The notes under the pieces were generated by a model. That model saw nothing but the letters and a program-made list of their open reading frames with translations, ran no database searches and had not been told where the DNA came from. Below, one piece after another: positions 50,371 through 62,256 of a stretch of 64,000 nt of DNA (position 1 is the first letter of the stretch; every line of letters starts with the position of its first letter). This DNA is from Marsupella aquatica (Eukaryota > Plantae > Marchantiophyta). A program made the position numbers and the translations under genes. Location: the NCBI GenBank assembly GCA_973895155.1, contig OZ316899.1, positions 8,497,241 to 8,561,240 on the forward strand, written 5' to 3'.

Positions 50371-51159
50371 CCATGATGTAATGGGGGATAAACAAAAATC
50401 CAAATTTAGGAAGACTCCGTATTTTACGGATCTCCCTATATAGTGTAGCCTAAAGTTTGCGTGGTCTTAAGACAGACCCTAATGTCTACATACAATTTCA
50501 TGAAATAAAGGAACCTTATACTCACCTTAGTATTAAGATCTGGTAGAAGATGAATATCACATCCAAGGGGTATACATTGTTGTCTGTAGATTGGTAAAAA
50601 CTTTCCCAGAACCTTGAAATACAAGCTATATGCCACTAAATCTTGGGAGTAAAAAACAAACTGAACCCTAAACCACACATGTCTGTAAAAGATAAACTGA
50701 GAGGACTCCAAAAGTCAAGAAGCTAGCTAAGCTGACCCATTGAAGGTAAGTGGCTCAATACATAACACTTTAAGAGAAACTCTGGATTACATGGAGCTTA
50801 GATTTGGGAAACTAGAACAAGAATGAGCTCCGAAGTGGGCGTCTCCCAAATTATACCCTTTGCTCAAGTCGACTCAAACGGAAATCGCATGAAGATAAGG
50901 GTCGAGTACCCCTTCACCTTAGCTTGCAGTCACACCTTATCTTCACGAGCCTAATTGCGCGGGGACTACCATGCAAGGCTATTAGGTAGGCAGGACATCA
51001 AGGAAGGAGGCCCATATGCAAGGTGAGGGCAACGGGCCAAATGCAGGAGCAGGCCGTACGTAAGATCAGGCCGTACACAAGAGAAGGAGGCAACCGGCCG
51101 TACGCAGGCCGGGGTGAGGTAGGAGGGGGTAAAGGGACGGAGAGGTCCAGCCAGGACCT

Positions 51160-51340
51160 CATTCTCATTCTCTCACTCTGAGACTCCTTGCTCTCTTGCT
51201 CTCCTCTCGCTCTCCTCCTCACTCTCCTCCTCGCTCTCCTCCTCGCTCTCTCGCTCTCCTCCCGCTCTCCTCGCTCTCCGCTCTCTCTCCGCCTCTCCGC
51301 CTCCCCGCCTCCACCTGCCTCCGCCTTCCGCCTCCACCTC
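51160..51340 (+). repeat. CT-rich low-complexity tract, probably 5' leader of the plus-strand cargo gene
   Basis: (CTCTC/CTCGC)n run upstream of the plus-strand ORFs. Confidence 0.6.
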
Positions 51341-51750
51341 CATTATTTTTCATTGCCCAAGATTGGACGCCTGCTAAGATGCCACGTGTCACGCTGTCAT
51401 GCGTCAGAAAGATGGAAGTGAATTGCGTCCTTGTGATGTCCTCCGTGGAAGAAACGGAGGAGTTTGACCTCTCCTCTATGAGCGACAGTGTAGAACTGGC
51501 ACTTGAAGACTCCAGACAATTTCAATCACGAATCCCTAGTAAGTATCCATCACCTATCCTCCCTAAGTCTTAGAGGACTTGGATGGTTGGACTCGGATGA
51601 TCCCAATCCAAACTTGGACTCGGATGATCCCAATCCATCCAGGAGATTGAATCCCGATTGTAGGAGCAAGTCTAAAACCCTCTCAAGTTGGACTAGGACC
51701 ATCCTAATCCAACAAGAGTTATTCAAATGTTTTAAAGGTTTTAAGTCTAA

Positions 51751-52387
51751 CATGGATGACGTTTATGATGTAGGGAGCGATCTTGTTGGTTTCAAACCCG
51801 TGATTGCACCGACCAACTGCCTGGACGGATTCTTACTAGATGAGAGATCCCCAAGCTTCCGATGGGGGCTTGAGTTCTCAAGAACCCCGCTTAATAATGA
51901 AGTGCCATCAACCATGATTGAACCTATTTTGACCTTAAAGTGCAGAGCAAATGATAGCCTGACTTTTGTTTGTGGACCTGTGGTCTCTGTTGGCATTGGA
52001 GGGAGAGGGATGATTTCGGTCATTTTGGAAATGCACGATAGGTCTTGTTGGGTTAAAGTTAACCTTCTGTCAAAGGCATACTCCTCTGAATTCAATGTTG
52101 AATGGCACGCAAGTGGGGAATTGAGCATTTTGTCAATGGGATTTTTTCCAAAGACCTATGACACAAAGAAGTTGGTCGCCAGGGTAACTGGTATGCTTCC
52201 AGTCGACATTATGTATGGGTTTCAATATTTGAAACTCAACATGATGAAGCACCAAGGCAATTTCTCTTTTGCAACTACTTGGACGTTAAGCAATTTACTT
52301 GAGAAAGCTGGATTGTTATCATTGGAGTCGGAGGAGCCTGGTGTTTTAATTAATAAGGATGTAAGTTGCATTTGCTCCCAAGTTTGA
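51751..52387 (+). CDS. Unknown ORF/exon inside the DNA transposon
   Basis: Open frame 51503-52387 with protein-like composition from the ATG near 51751; no motif recognised. Confidence 0.4.
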
Positions 52388-52405
52388 TTTAGTCAAAGCA
52401 AAGCA

Positions 52406-55400
52406 ATGGATAGAATCTTAAGTTTGTCCAAGACGAGAAAGCTTCCAGCGGTGAATACAAACCCCATGCCTGAGCAAGCGCCAAAGAAAGCTCCAGAACC
52501 TACAATAGAGACCGCGGGAACTACAGCAGCGACCTCTCAAAGAGCAATGGGAAAACGAAAACAAAGCCAAAGGAAACCTCCGGTTGAGAAGAAACTTCCA
52601 GTTGAGAAGCCGGTTGAGAAGCTGAGTACGAGAAGCCAAGTTGAGAAGCCAGTTGAGAAGCCGAGTACGAGAAGCCGAGTACGAGAAGCCGAGTACGAGA
52701 AGCCGAGTACGAGAAGCCGAGTACGAGAAGCCGAGTTGAGAAGCCAATTGAGAAGAAACGTCCGGTTGAGAAGCCAAGTGCAAGTGGAAAGAGGCCAAGA
52801 CAGAAGAAGAAACAGAAAATTGACAGTGCCATCATGGATGACACTACAAAAAACCTGACAGTGCATTCACAAGATGTGGACGAGCAGTTGGACACTCCTG
52901 AGGAGAAGAAGGTCTTAGAAGGTAATGAGGTACTACAACAAATGGAGCAATATTATACGTTTGGGATCAATTCGATATTTTCTATTCCCGTAGAGAGTAT
53001 TTTCCCTGCGTCGGCAAGACTCTGTTACAGAATGTTGAATGCAGACCATGTAAAGGAGGTGGCCAATTCCATGATAAGAAATTTGGGGCATGAACCACAC
53101 ATAGCAGACTTGATTCCTTACACTGCAAAACATAGAAACCTAATGCAGTATGACAACATGAAATCAGATAGGAGGGACTTTGTAGTAGCTGTGAAAAAGG
53201 GCGAGGTTCAATTCCTTGCCATTAGCGGTCAACATTCGGCTAGAGCAGCTAGATGGATTCGAGAATGGGCAAACAAGGATGCCAAGCTAACAACATTGGC
53301 AAAAAAGCTGGAATTTTGAAAGTCAAGAATATTATCTCATCGAATACCATCGTCAATATTAGTTGAGCATTCAATGCAATCTAATGCTATCAATAGCATG
53401 ATGGTGTTTCAGTCATGCTTCAAAGATACACTCGTTCATGCTAGGCGACAATTTGTGGAATGTGGAAGACCTAGCCGGCCAAAACATGGGGACAACAAAA
53501 CAAACGCTCAAGACAATCAAAAATTTCAGGTACAAAGTGTTACTGCTTGATGGGTACAATACCGTAGACTCTCCATATGTGGTTACAATTGAGATGGTAG
53601 TCTTTGACCACAAAGCTTCAAGTTTGGTTTGGATTGAGATGGTCCAAGTCCAAATGGATACATGCACATTAAGTAGAATATTTCCACTGATATCGTCTAG
53701 TTTTGTGTTGGACTGGGATGGTCCCAGTCCAAATGGATTCATGCACATTCAATATACTATTTCCATTGATATCGTCTAGTTTTGTGTTGGACTGGGATGG
53801 TCCCAGTCCAAAATGCATTCGATCGTACACATTCAGTAGAATATTTTTCCATTGATACTGTCTAGTTTTGTTTGGACTGGGATGGTCCCAGTCCAAACTA
53901 AATCATGCACATTCAATAGAATATTTCCACTGATACTATCTAGTTCTATGTTGGACTGGGATGGTCTCAGTCCGCACTTGAGTGCTTTCAAACAATTGAG
54001 TTATGGAGAACTAACAGACTTTCCTTTGCAATTGTAGGATTGGTTGGCTCTTGCAAGAATGACCATGGGAAGGAAAGATTGTCGAAATGTTTACTGGTTA
54101 CTGTTTGCAGACAATGCTCTTTTTGATTTATGGAGTTTGGTATGCCAATTGTGGTTGGATGGGAAACTTCCCGATGGAGCTGGGGTAGAAGGAAATGAGA
54201 AGTCTGAAAAAGCAATTACCATTGCCATGTTTTGTTGTTTTGATGGTGAGTTGATCTCACAACGAGACATCACAAGAATACTGATGCGGGTGAAGTCAGG
54301 AAAGGTATTGCTAAAGAAAGATGCCTCTAATAAATCAGACATGCCATCTATAGAGGAGTTGGCCAAAGATGTGAAGATCGTGCGGAAACTGAAGTCCCTT
54401 ATTGAAGACTATTATTGCACCAAGGATGCGGTGAATTTCCCAACAAATACTAATTGGGGGAAAGTAGTTGAGGTTCTTCCTACGCTAGCAATTGATTCAG
54501 AGTTCAGCAGGTGTCGAAGAGCCGCTGGCGAGGTCTATCTTGCCAACCTTTTAAAGCCAAATCATACGCGGGAGAGCGCAATCTTGCCGACAACATTGGT
54601 ATTCTGCCTAGATGATATATACTCCCAGAGATTTGGCGGAGGATCACGTTCTCGGACCCTACCATGGGTTACATGTTTTAGCGACAATCTCATGAAGACC
54701 ATTGATCCAGAGTCATTGCAAGAAGCTCCTCCGACCTGCCCTCTTGCCATTGTTGATTTTAGCCGGCTTCCGCAAAAATAGTGGACTGAAGCAGAGATTC
54801 TTGTTCTCTTTGAATACATTGTGGAGCTTCCACAAAATCCCACGATTGTTGTGACGATAACAGTTCATCCTGGACAACTTGCATTGAATGTCCATGGTGC
54901 CCTTCGTAAATTGGGACAAGAGAAAGTTTTGACCATTCATATTGAGTATGGGAGTTATTCCCAAGATGATCAACCGCACCCTCATGACTCATGTTGGGGT
55001 GGGGGGATTGAAGAAGTTATCTTTGCGGGGATTTCTCGAGATGAAGATGTCAATTGGAATGAAGTTTTCAAGCCCAACTATCCAAAGCCAAAATTCTTGT
55101 AAACTTCAAAGGATGTTGATTACGAAGTATGCAAGATCGACAAGGGAAAGGCTAAGGAATCAGATGAGGGAACACAAAACGATGACCTAAAAGTGGTTTT
55201 GGACCTGGAAGAGGCCGTCAAGATTATGAATATGGCCCCTCGATTTGAGACAGTTGGCAGTCGTGGAGGGTGGGTTAATGCTCATGCCAAACCCACGTAG
55301 ATGATCCGAAGGATTATTGAATCCTTGTCAGAACCGGGAGATTTGGTTCTAGATTTTTTCTCTGGTGGCCAAGTCATGAAGACATCATTTTTTTGCGATA

Positions 55401-56404
55401 GGGAATGATTTGTTTATTGTGACTCTCAGTCCAAGAGGCATTTTGTGGAAGCTTTTGCTTCCTACCTTTGCAAGAGAGTTCCCTCACTTAAAGCCCATTG
55501 TAAATCACTTGCTGAAAATTCTTGACAATGGGCTACCACTGTTGCGGCTGTAGCTGTCGGTGTTGAATCCGACGGTTCTGAGTCTGAAAATGTTGCTGAC
55601 AAAGTGGCTGAAGGCGTAGAGGCATCAGAGGAGGCATATGTCAAGAATTTGGATGATCGTGTTGGTCAAGGTGAGCCTTACGATGTAGATCATGATATTG
55701 GACTTGCACCAAACCGTTCATCTAGTTTAGATGACATCCCTCTAGGGCCCAATGAAGTTCAAGTTGATGATAACTTGGACAAGGATGATCCCAATCCAAC
55801 AACGTTGGGAGGACAGATGGAGCAAATGGAAGGGGAAAGGGTTGATACGTTTGATCATCTTTCTTCAACCAATCTGATCAATGAAGGTGCAACAAGGCTT
55901 GGAGATTCAAATGAAGCTGAAACTCAAGAATTGACTCGGGGGGAGACTGGTGGATTGCCTGACATTCCCATCAATCCAGGAGAAAATGCATCAACGGTTG
56001 TTGACAACCAGGCAGGTGCTTCAACTTGTCCTAACACACTCTTTTCAGCTTTTGATGACAAATTGGTGTTCGTTTGTTCACACTCGGGGAGTCCTGTTGT
56101 CCTTCCGCTCTCAAAAAAGAAAGGGAATAGAGTTGGATCAACTGGATGGAGGTCATTGGAATGCGATGCACGATGTTATGTGTGGAAAAGTGGGCCAAAT
56201 CAAGGCCAAGAAATATCATTGGATGCTGCTCCTTCAATTCTCAATAAGGAGGAGTATAAGAGGGGCGAATTGGGGTTGATAACTCCTGTTTGGACTTCAC
56301 CTTATTGGGTAGAACAAAGTACTTCAAATGTCAATTTTGAAATCCAACAGGAGCTTGGTGTTGACATGATTATTGATGAATACGGATCTCTTATTTCGGA
56401 ATGA
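52406..56404 (+). pseudogene. Cargo gene: basic repeat N-terminus, ParB/Srx-like domain, N4C/N6A methyltransferase-like fold, acidic tail
   Basis: YRMLNADHVKEVANSM...FLAISGQHSARA (ParB-like). Intron 53530-54037 (GT, CTAAC, AG) keeps the frame. One frame 54038-56404 with a few stops contains AKPT*MIRRIIESLSEPGDLVLDFFSGG at 55286-55369. Confidence 0.72.
53620..53975. repeat. Intronic ~78-bp tandem repeats, each carrying the 25-bp palindrome
   Basis: TTGGACTGGGATGGTCCCAGTCCAA recurs 4-5 times. Confidence 0.88.
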
Positions 56405-56669
56405 AATTCAGCCTTTGACTTTCTATTTATTCATATCAATCTAAAATACTTCTCGGTCTCACAGAATGCGCTCACCAATTAAAGTCTCCATATCCGTCTA
56501 CACATTGTGCGGCTTCTAAAAACAGTATGTAGGTTAATTTTCTTTTTTTCAGCCACTGTCTTGTATTTTTGGACTGAGACAATCCTAATCCAAAGTTCAC
56601 TTTTGGTCTTTTCTCTGAGAATGGTGTTTGGTGCACTTGTAGAATTGAGACCTGGTCTCGTCAAGCTAG

Positions 56670-57307
56670 CGGAAGTTGCTGATTTTGGACCTTAATAAAA
56701 TACTTTGGGATTCTATTGAATTCCAAAGCAAGGGCACATCCAGGAATATTGTCACCTCAAGTGGAGTGCATTGGGATAGAAACAATGGTATTAGTCGCAT
56801 GTATACAGAACGACCAGGGCTCCATGAGTTTCTAAAGTTGGTTTTTGACAGATTTGACGTTGCAATTTGGACATGTGTTGGGATCCCACAAACAATGAAA
56901 TGTTGAACATGATGTTCACTGATGAGGAGAGGTCAAAACTCCAGTTTGTATTCACACAGGTGGAAGCTTTTGACACAGGCATTCAAAGGCGTGACATTAC
57001 AAACGAAAAGACAAATGTGCTACCGAAGGATTTTCAGGTGGTATGGAATGCATTTGGAAATCTATATGATGAAACCAACACCCTCCTTGTGGATGACTCC
57101 CCCCTTAAGGCATTTGTCAACCCAGACATGACCGGATTATTTCCAGTGCCCTACACGCATGCCAATCGTGGAGATAATTTTCTTCTAGCAATTCTTTGGC
57201 CATGTCTTGAGAAACTATCACATGCAAGTAACATTCGATGTTATCTTCTTCTCAACTCTCCAAAGTGGTCTCTTTTGCACATGAAGAGAGACAAGGCAAA
57301 AAAATGA
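56670..57307 (+). pseudogene. FCP1/NIF-family HAD phosphatase-like domain
   Basis: RKLLILDLNKIL, ERPGLHEFLKLVFDRFDVAIWT, KDFQVVW, NTLLVDDSPLKAFVNP; frameshift near 56880-56900. Confidence 0.85.
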
Positions 57308-57780
57308 GATTACTTATGATCAACTTAGCAAGAGATTTGCATCAAAAATTTGGAAGTCACAATTTACGCATAGTGTGTTGGACCTCAACAACAATGAGAT
57401 CCCTTGGAATGTAAAGCACCGTATATGTAGTTTACGTCCTGAGGCGAAACTTGACAATGCACTTGTCAACTCACTTGCTAAATCATTTTTAGGAAAGGAC
57501 TATTCAGGTCCATATAGAGAAAATCTCAGACACTTTTTGCGAGAGGTTATAGCCATTAGGAACAACACCACTAGATTTCAACTCCCTAAAAATAAAGGGC
57601 GTTGCAACCATGACAATAGGGTAGATAGGAAAGGAGACAGGGGCACATGCTCAAATACACATTGTACGGAGCACTTGGTTTAGATATTTAATTGACTTGT
57701 GTTAAGCCCCTTGGATAGTACTAGAAATATGTTTGTATTCATTGTAAATTTGCAGATAATTGTATAAAGATATTTTATAA

Positions 57781-57903
57781 TCTATTTGGAATGATGTTAC
57801 TTTGTTCACATAGTATCTGGTCCTTAAATGGGGATGAAATATTCTATTTGGAATGATGTTATTTTGTTCACACAGTATCTGGTCCTTAAATGGGGATGAA
57901 TAT
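57781..57903 (+). repeat. ~62-bp tandem duplication
   Basis: TCTATTTGGAATGATGTTA...CCTTAAATGGGGATGAA occurs twice. Confidence 0.9.
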
Positions 57904-57997
57904 TTTTATAAGTTCCTATCCTCCACTTCTTTGTGAATTATTAAATAAAATAATATTTATTATTTATTAATATAATACTAATGTGATTTGGCCTATA

Positions 57998-58076
57998 AAG
58001 TGTACATTTAGAGACACAAAAGTGTACATTTGGGTGTCTTGAAGTGTACATTTGGGGCCATGAAAGTGTACATTTC
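57998..58076 (+). repeat. Right subterminal array of AAGTGTACATTT
   Basis: Four copies at ~22-bp spacing next to the right TIR. Confidence 0.85.
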
Positions 58077-58321
58077 AAGACTCATTTGTGAATAAAAGAA
58101 AATACACTTTTAATGAATAGGTTGATACTTGCAAATTCTCCTCACGGACTTGCTAGCCCGCTCTCTCCTGCTCCGCCCTCACGTCCCTTGTCCCAAGTGA
58201 CCACAAGTTGCCTCAAAACATTGAGATGAGCCAAAGAGTGAGCCCGCAATGCTTCGCTACACCAAGACTCATTTCCAGGTTGGCAACATTTGGCCGCCCT
58301 CCCCATTTCCTTCACAAAAAT

Positions 58322-61300
58322 TGTCACGTCGTCAGCCTAGGCCTTAACCCGGGCTTCGGCTTAGACAGGCACATCCTTCGTAAATATGAGGGTTTGGGAA
58401 GCACGAAATGCACCTAACTCATGTAAACTAGCGCTAAGTGTGTCTACTGTTATTTATGGACACCTCCTAGGTATGGTTTGTGTTCTGCCGCCGGAACGTA
58501 CCTTAGTCGATAGCAAGATCGACCCCGGCTTAAGGGCTTCTAAGCCTTTGTGTTGTCTGCCTTTGATCCGGATTTGATGATACAGTTACTCAACCCATGC
58601 TTGCAACCACTTACCCGCAAGCTGCACCCCGTGCACGGTTTGGGTAGTGCGTTCGGCCAAGCGTTGGCATCCATACATGAGATTCACACATGCACACGCA
58701 CAAGCATACAATCTCGATTTACACGAAGGAAATAATGGGAAATGATTTTACTACATAGGGGACATACACGTACACTTAGTTGACCCAAAAGCTCTTGAAT
58801 GAATAGGTCCAAGGCCGAGGGTGTACACTACAACGGAGCCTGGCTCCGCACTCGCCCAACGAGCTTAGTCTTACCCCCTCCCCTTGATACTCTTTCACTC
58901 ATAGAGGTTGGGACTCCCCGCACATACCGCGGATGTCCGACTCTGAGACTAAAACCCCCTGCCTCTACCAAGGGGTGCACTAAATACTAAGGGTTGAGGA
59001 TTGGAGTGGCCTCGCGCTCGTAGATTCGCTAACTAAGATCCTAACTAAGCTGGCTGTCAGGCTAGAAAATGGCTTGTCTTATTAGAAGATCCTAATCTAC
59101 GCAGGTTGGACAGTATGGCAGGGCTGCTTTAACTAGGATAGGCGCTTGTCCCTATAGCCCAATTTAGCTACTCCTAACTCTATTTTAATCCTACTCCGTT
59201 GCTAATGCCTGGCACACTTGCCAGAGCCGCCCAAGTGGGAGCGGCTATCCCGCTACCTCCTGAGCCTGTCAGTATCTTGCTTGAGTAGTTGGACTTGGTC
59301 CAGTAGAGATTCGTTCTCACGCTTCGCCGCGTCCGTCTCTTCCGTGGCCTCCTGACATGCCTCCTCCAATTGTTGGACGTCACTCGTCAACTTATCCACC
59401 AATTGGGCCTGCTTTGTGGCTTCTCCTTGAAGCCCGCCACCTCTGTCTTCAGGGTGTCAATCTTGGTTGCGTCCCGGTGAGACCGAGAGTTAGCTTCCTC
59501 TAGATCCTTCTGCCAAATGACGGCTTGTCCCTTCAAACCATCGATCTTGGTCCAAAGCCCTGTGATCTTGGCGTCCTTTCCGAGTCTGGCCTGTTCTGCA
59601 AAGGCTGCCCGGGCTCTGGCTTTGACAACCTGATCCTCCATGGCCGTTACCTGAGGTTGCAGTTGCTGGAGTTCAATCTCCACGGCTACCACTTTGTCCT
59701 TCAGGTAGGCAGACTCAACCCGGTATCGCTCTATTCTTTGCGCTGTCTCCACCTGTGCATGTCTTGCCTTTACGGCCGCAACCAACTCCTGGTTGAAGAA
59801 GTAGGCCACCTTCCGTGCCATGTATTCCCCTGTATCCTGTGAGATCTGTTGCGAGAAATCTCCCAACAACCCATTTAGAGATATGCCCGGCGCAAAGAGT
59901 TCTGGATGGTCCAGACTATGTCCATCTGGATTCGGGCACGGGTAGACCCCAGCCCGCGAGGGAGTAGGAGTGGAAACATCCAGCCCTTGAGGTAAGTTGG
60001 TCGAAGGGGCTGGTTCCACCGGGCGGTTCTCCTGCACGGCCATGGGGGATGGCGGGATCTCCTCGGCCACCGTAGTGTCGGGTTTGGGTCCGGCCTCAGC
60101 CGGCCCGGCTTTGATTGCGTTGACCCGGTTGATCGCTTCCAAGGTTGCGATAACTGCATCCATGGGTACGCTTGGTGGGGAGGTAGTGGCTGGTTGCGGG
60201 GCCAGAGAAGCAGGTCCTGCGGCTGTCAGGCTTTGGGCTGTGGTTGCCTCTCTTGAGCTGGGAATACCCACTTTGACGGAGTCAATTCCGTCTCGTTGCA
60301 ATAGGGAAGGCTTCGGCGGTCAAAACGGGCGTATCATTCAATGATAATCTTGATGTGGCTCGCGAAGTACGCCTTTCCGCCAAGGTACAAGGTCTTCCTT
60401 CTCCGCTCCATCTCTTTGTGGAACTTCTTAACGAAGAAGGACGCCCACTTACTAGGCCAAAAGTTCTCTACTTGTATGACCTGGGCGGCGGATAGTTTGC
60501 CCCGTGGTTCCATCATATGGAGGGCATACCGCTGGAACTCCAGGCATTCAACTACCTCCAATGAGGCACGTCCTCATCAAGAATCCGTTGTCCACTGCTC
60601 CCTCGGTCGGGAAGCTAGAAGACTGGTATTTAGCTCCCTTGCCCCGAGGAGCCCGCGACTCTACCCGGTTTATCCCCTCGGATAGGCCAAAAATCATCTT
60701 CAAACGTGCCTCATTGAGACACATCACTCTCCCGTGCACTCGGGTTTGTTGGCAGGCCTCGTCCAAGTTCTGAATGAACTCCGTCATATCCTGCCCGTAG
60801 TACCTGCTTCCATTCCAAGGGAGAGAGGCAAGGTGCTCAAACCCTTGGGTCTTCAGATAGCATGCATGCTTGGGGTGGAGGATGTTCTTGTGAACATTCT
60901 CCCCCATGCGATGCATGGTCAGCTTGGCCACTGCAACCGTGGCCAGAGGCAACCCTGATATAGCTGCGGGTTCCTTTCTCTTTCTACCGGCCCCGAGACT
61001 GATTCCCGGGGTGACTAGAAGAGGGGGACATCTCTCCTTCCTCCCGGTCAGGCGGTGGTAGCGCTACTATCGTGAGTATTGGTGTCGGGGCCGCTAGAGT
61101 CACCGTGTTATCCCCTCGGGCTTGTTGGAGTGGCGTCGGGTTGCTTGGCGCCTCTTGAGTTGTACCCGGCAGCTGTCAATTCAGAGGAGGGTGAGATTCC
61201 TCATCTTTGGAGCTAATATTCACCGCATTCACCATGGATCGTACTTGGAGAGGTGGTGCGACCGGTGGTGGGGATCGGCTTGGTTGAGGCCGAGGCGGTG

Positions 61301-62256
61301 TTGGTGCGGACACGGATTGGTGGGCGCTAGTTGCAGCTGGGGGAGGCATCATTAGGTTCAAGTAGTTCCTGGGGAAGTCGAGTGATGTTAGGATAGGAGT
61401 CTCACTTGTTTGAGCAGGGCCAAACTGACAGTCAATGGAGGCTTGAACCCGGGCGGGGATATGGTCGTAATGGTGTGGCTGCAAGTCTATTGTGCCCGGG
61501 AGATGGTAAACCGTGTCTGGAAGCAAAAGAAGTGCTTCCCAAAATCCGACGTACTTCTCATCGACAAAGAAGTATTTGCTGATTTTGTCGACTCGGCAAA
61601 GCTCACTCTGAAAGGGAGGGCAAAGTCATGGTTATAGTGATTTCGGCCAGCTAAACGAATGGCTCTCTCGTAAGCTCATTCGGTCTTGTATTGGCGCGGG
61701 TTTACTTTGGCTAAGGACTTGGCTAAGTGACTTCCTACGGATAGGAATTGCAGCCAAAATTGAAGGGCCAAATTGGACAATATTGTGACAGACATCCAGG
61801 AGTGACGGTGGGCGACTAAGGAGGGACGAAGTGGCTGAGGTCAAAGCTGGCACGCGGAATGGAGTGTGAGTGTAATGCGAGAGAATGGCCCTCCTTTTAT
61901 ACTCTGAGGGCTCATCGTCTGACCGGCCCCTCCTCTCTTCCCATAGGCCAAGCTTTTCACACTCCCAATGTACTGGCCACTCGCAGGTCCAGTTCAGAGC
62001 GTGTCAGCAGCCACCTTCAAGAATTTGTTATATGGACCCGAAGTGTCCCCTTACACGCTCATAACCCGAGAGTACGAATGGCGCTCCGCCGCCATCCCGA
62101 ACATAAATGCCCCTTATTAACTAATGATTCCCTAGTCATAAGTACTACCTACTTAGTGTTGTTATGCTAATAACTACGGCCTATGGTGCCCCTAACGAGC
62201 GTGCTAAGCACGGCTAAGCCGAATCAATCATTAACCGCCGTGCTGGTGGCGTCACA
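58322..62256 (-). mobile_element. Solo LTR (3935 bp) of a diverged relative of the Tat-like family
   Basis: Ends are reverse complements of TGTGACGCCACC and GACGACGTGACA; perfect 5-bp TSD AAAAT (58317-58321, 62257-62261); colinear with 21706-25717. Confidence 0.93.
59202..61795 (-). pseudogene. LTR-encoded protein homologue in the solo LTR
   Basis: Fragments MHRMGENVHKNILHPKH, LEFQRYALHMMEPRG, LDHPELF.PG..LNGLLGDFS, FFNQELVAAVK match the 22172-24819 protein. Confidence 0.85.

Larger units (their letters stand above)
35339..58126. mobile_element. Large TIR DNA transposon (Sola-like) with cargo genes and two nested insertions
   Basis: 26-bp TIR with one mismatch, ATCA(G/A)CCTATTCATTAAAAGTGTATT (35339-35364; 58101-58126). 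Flanking 4-bp direct repeat ACTT (35335-35338, 58127-58130). Shared AAGTGTACATTT arrays at both ends. Transposase inside. Confidence 0.8.
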
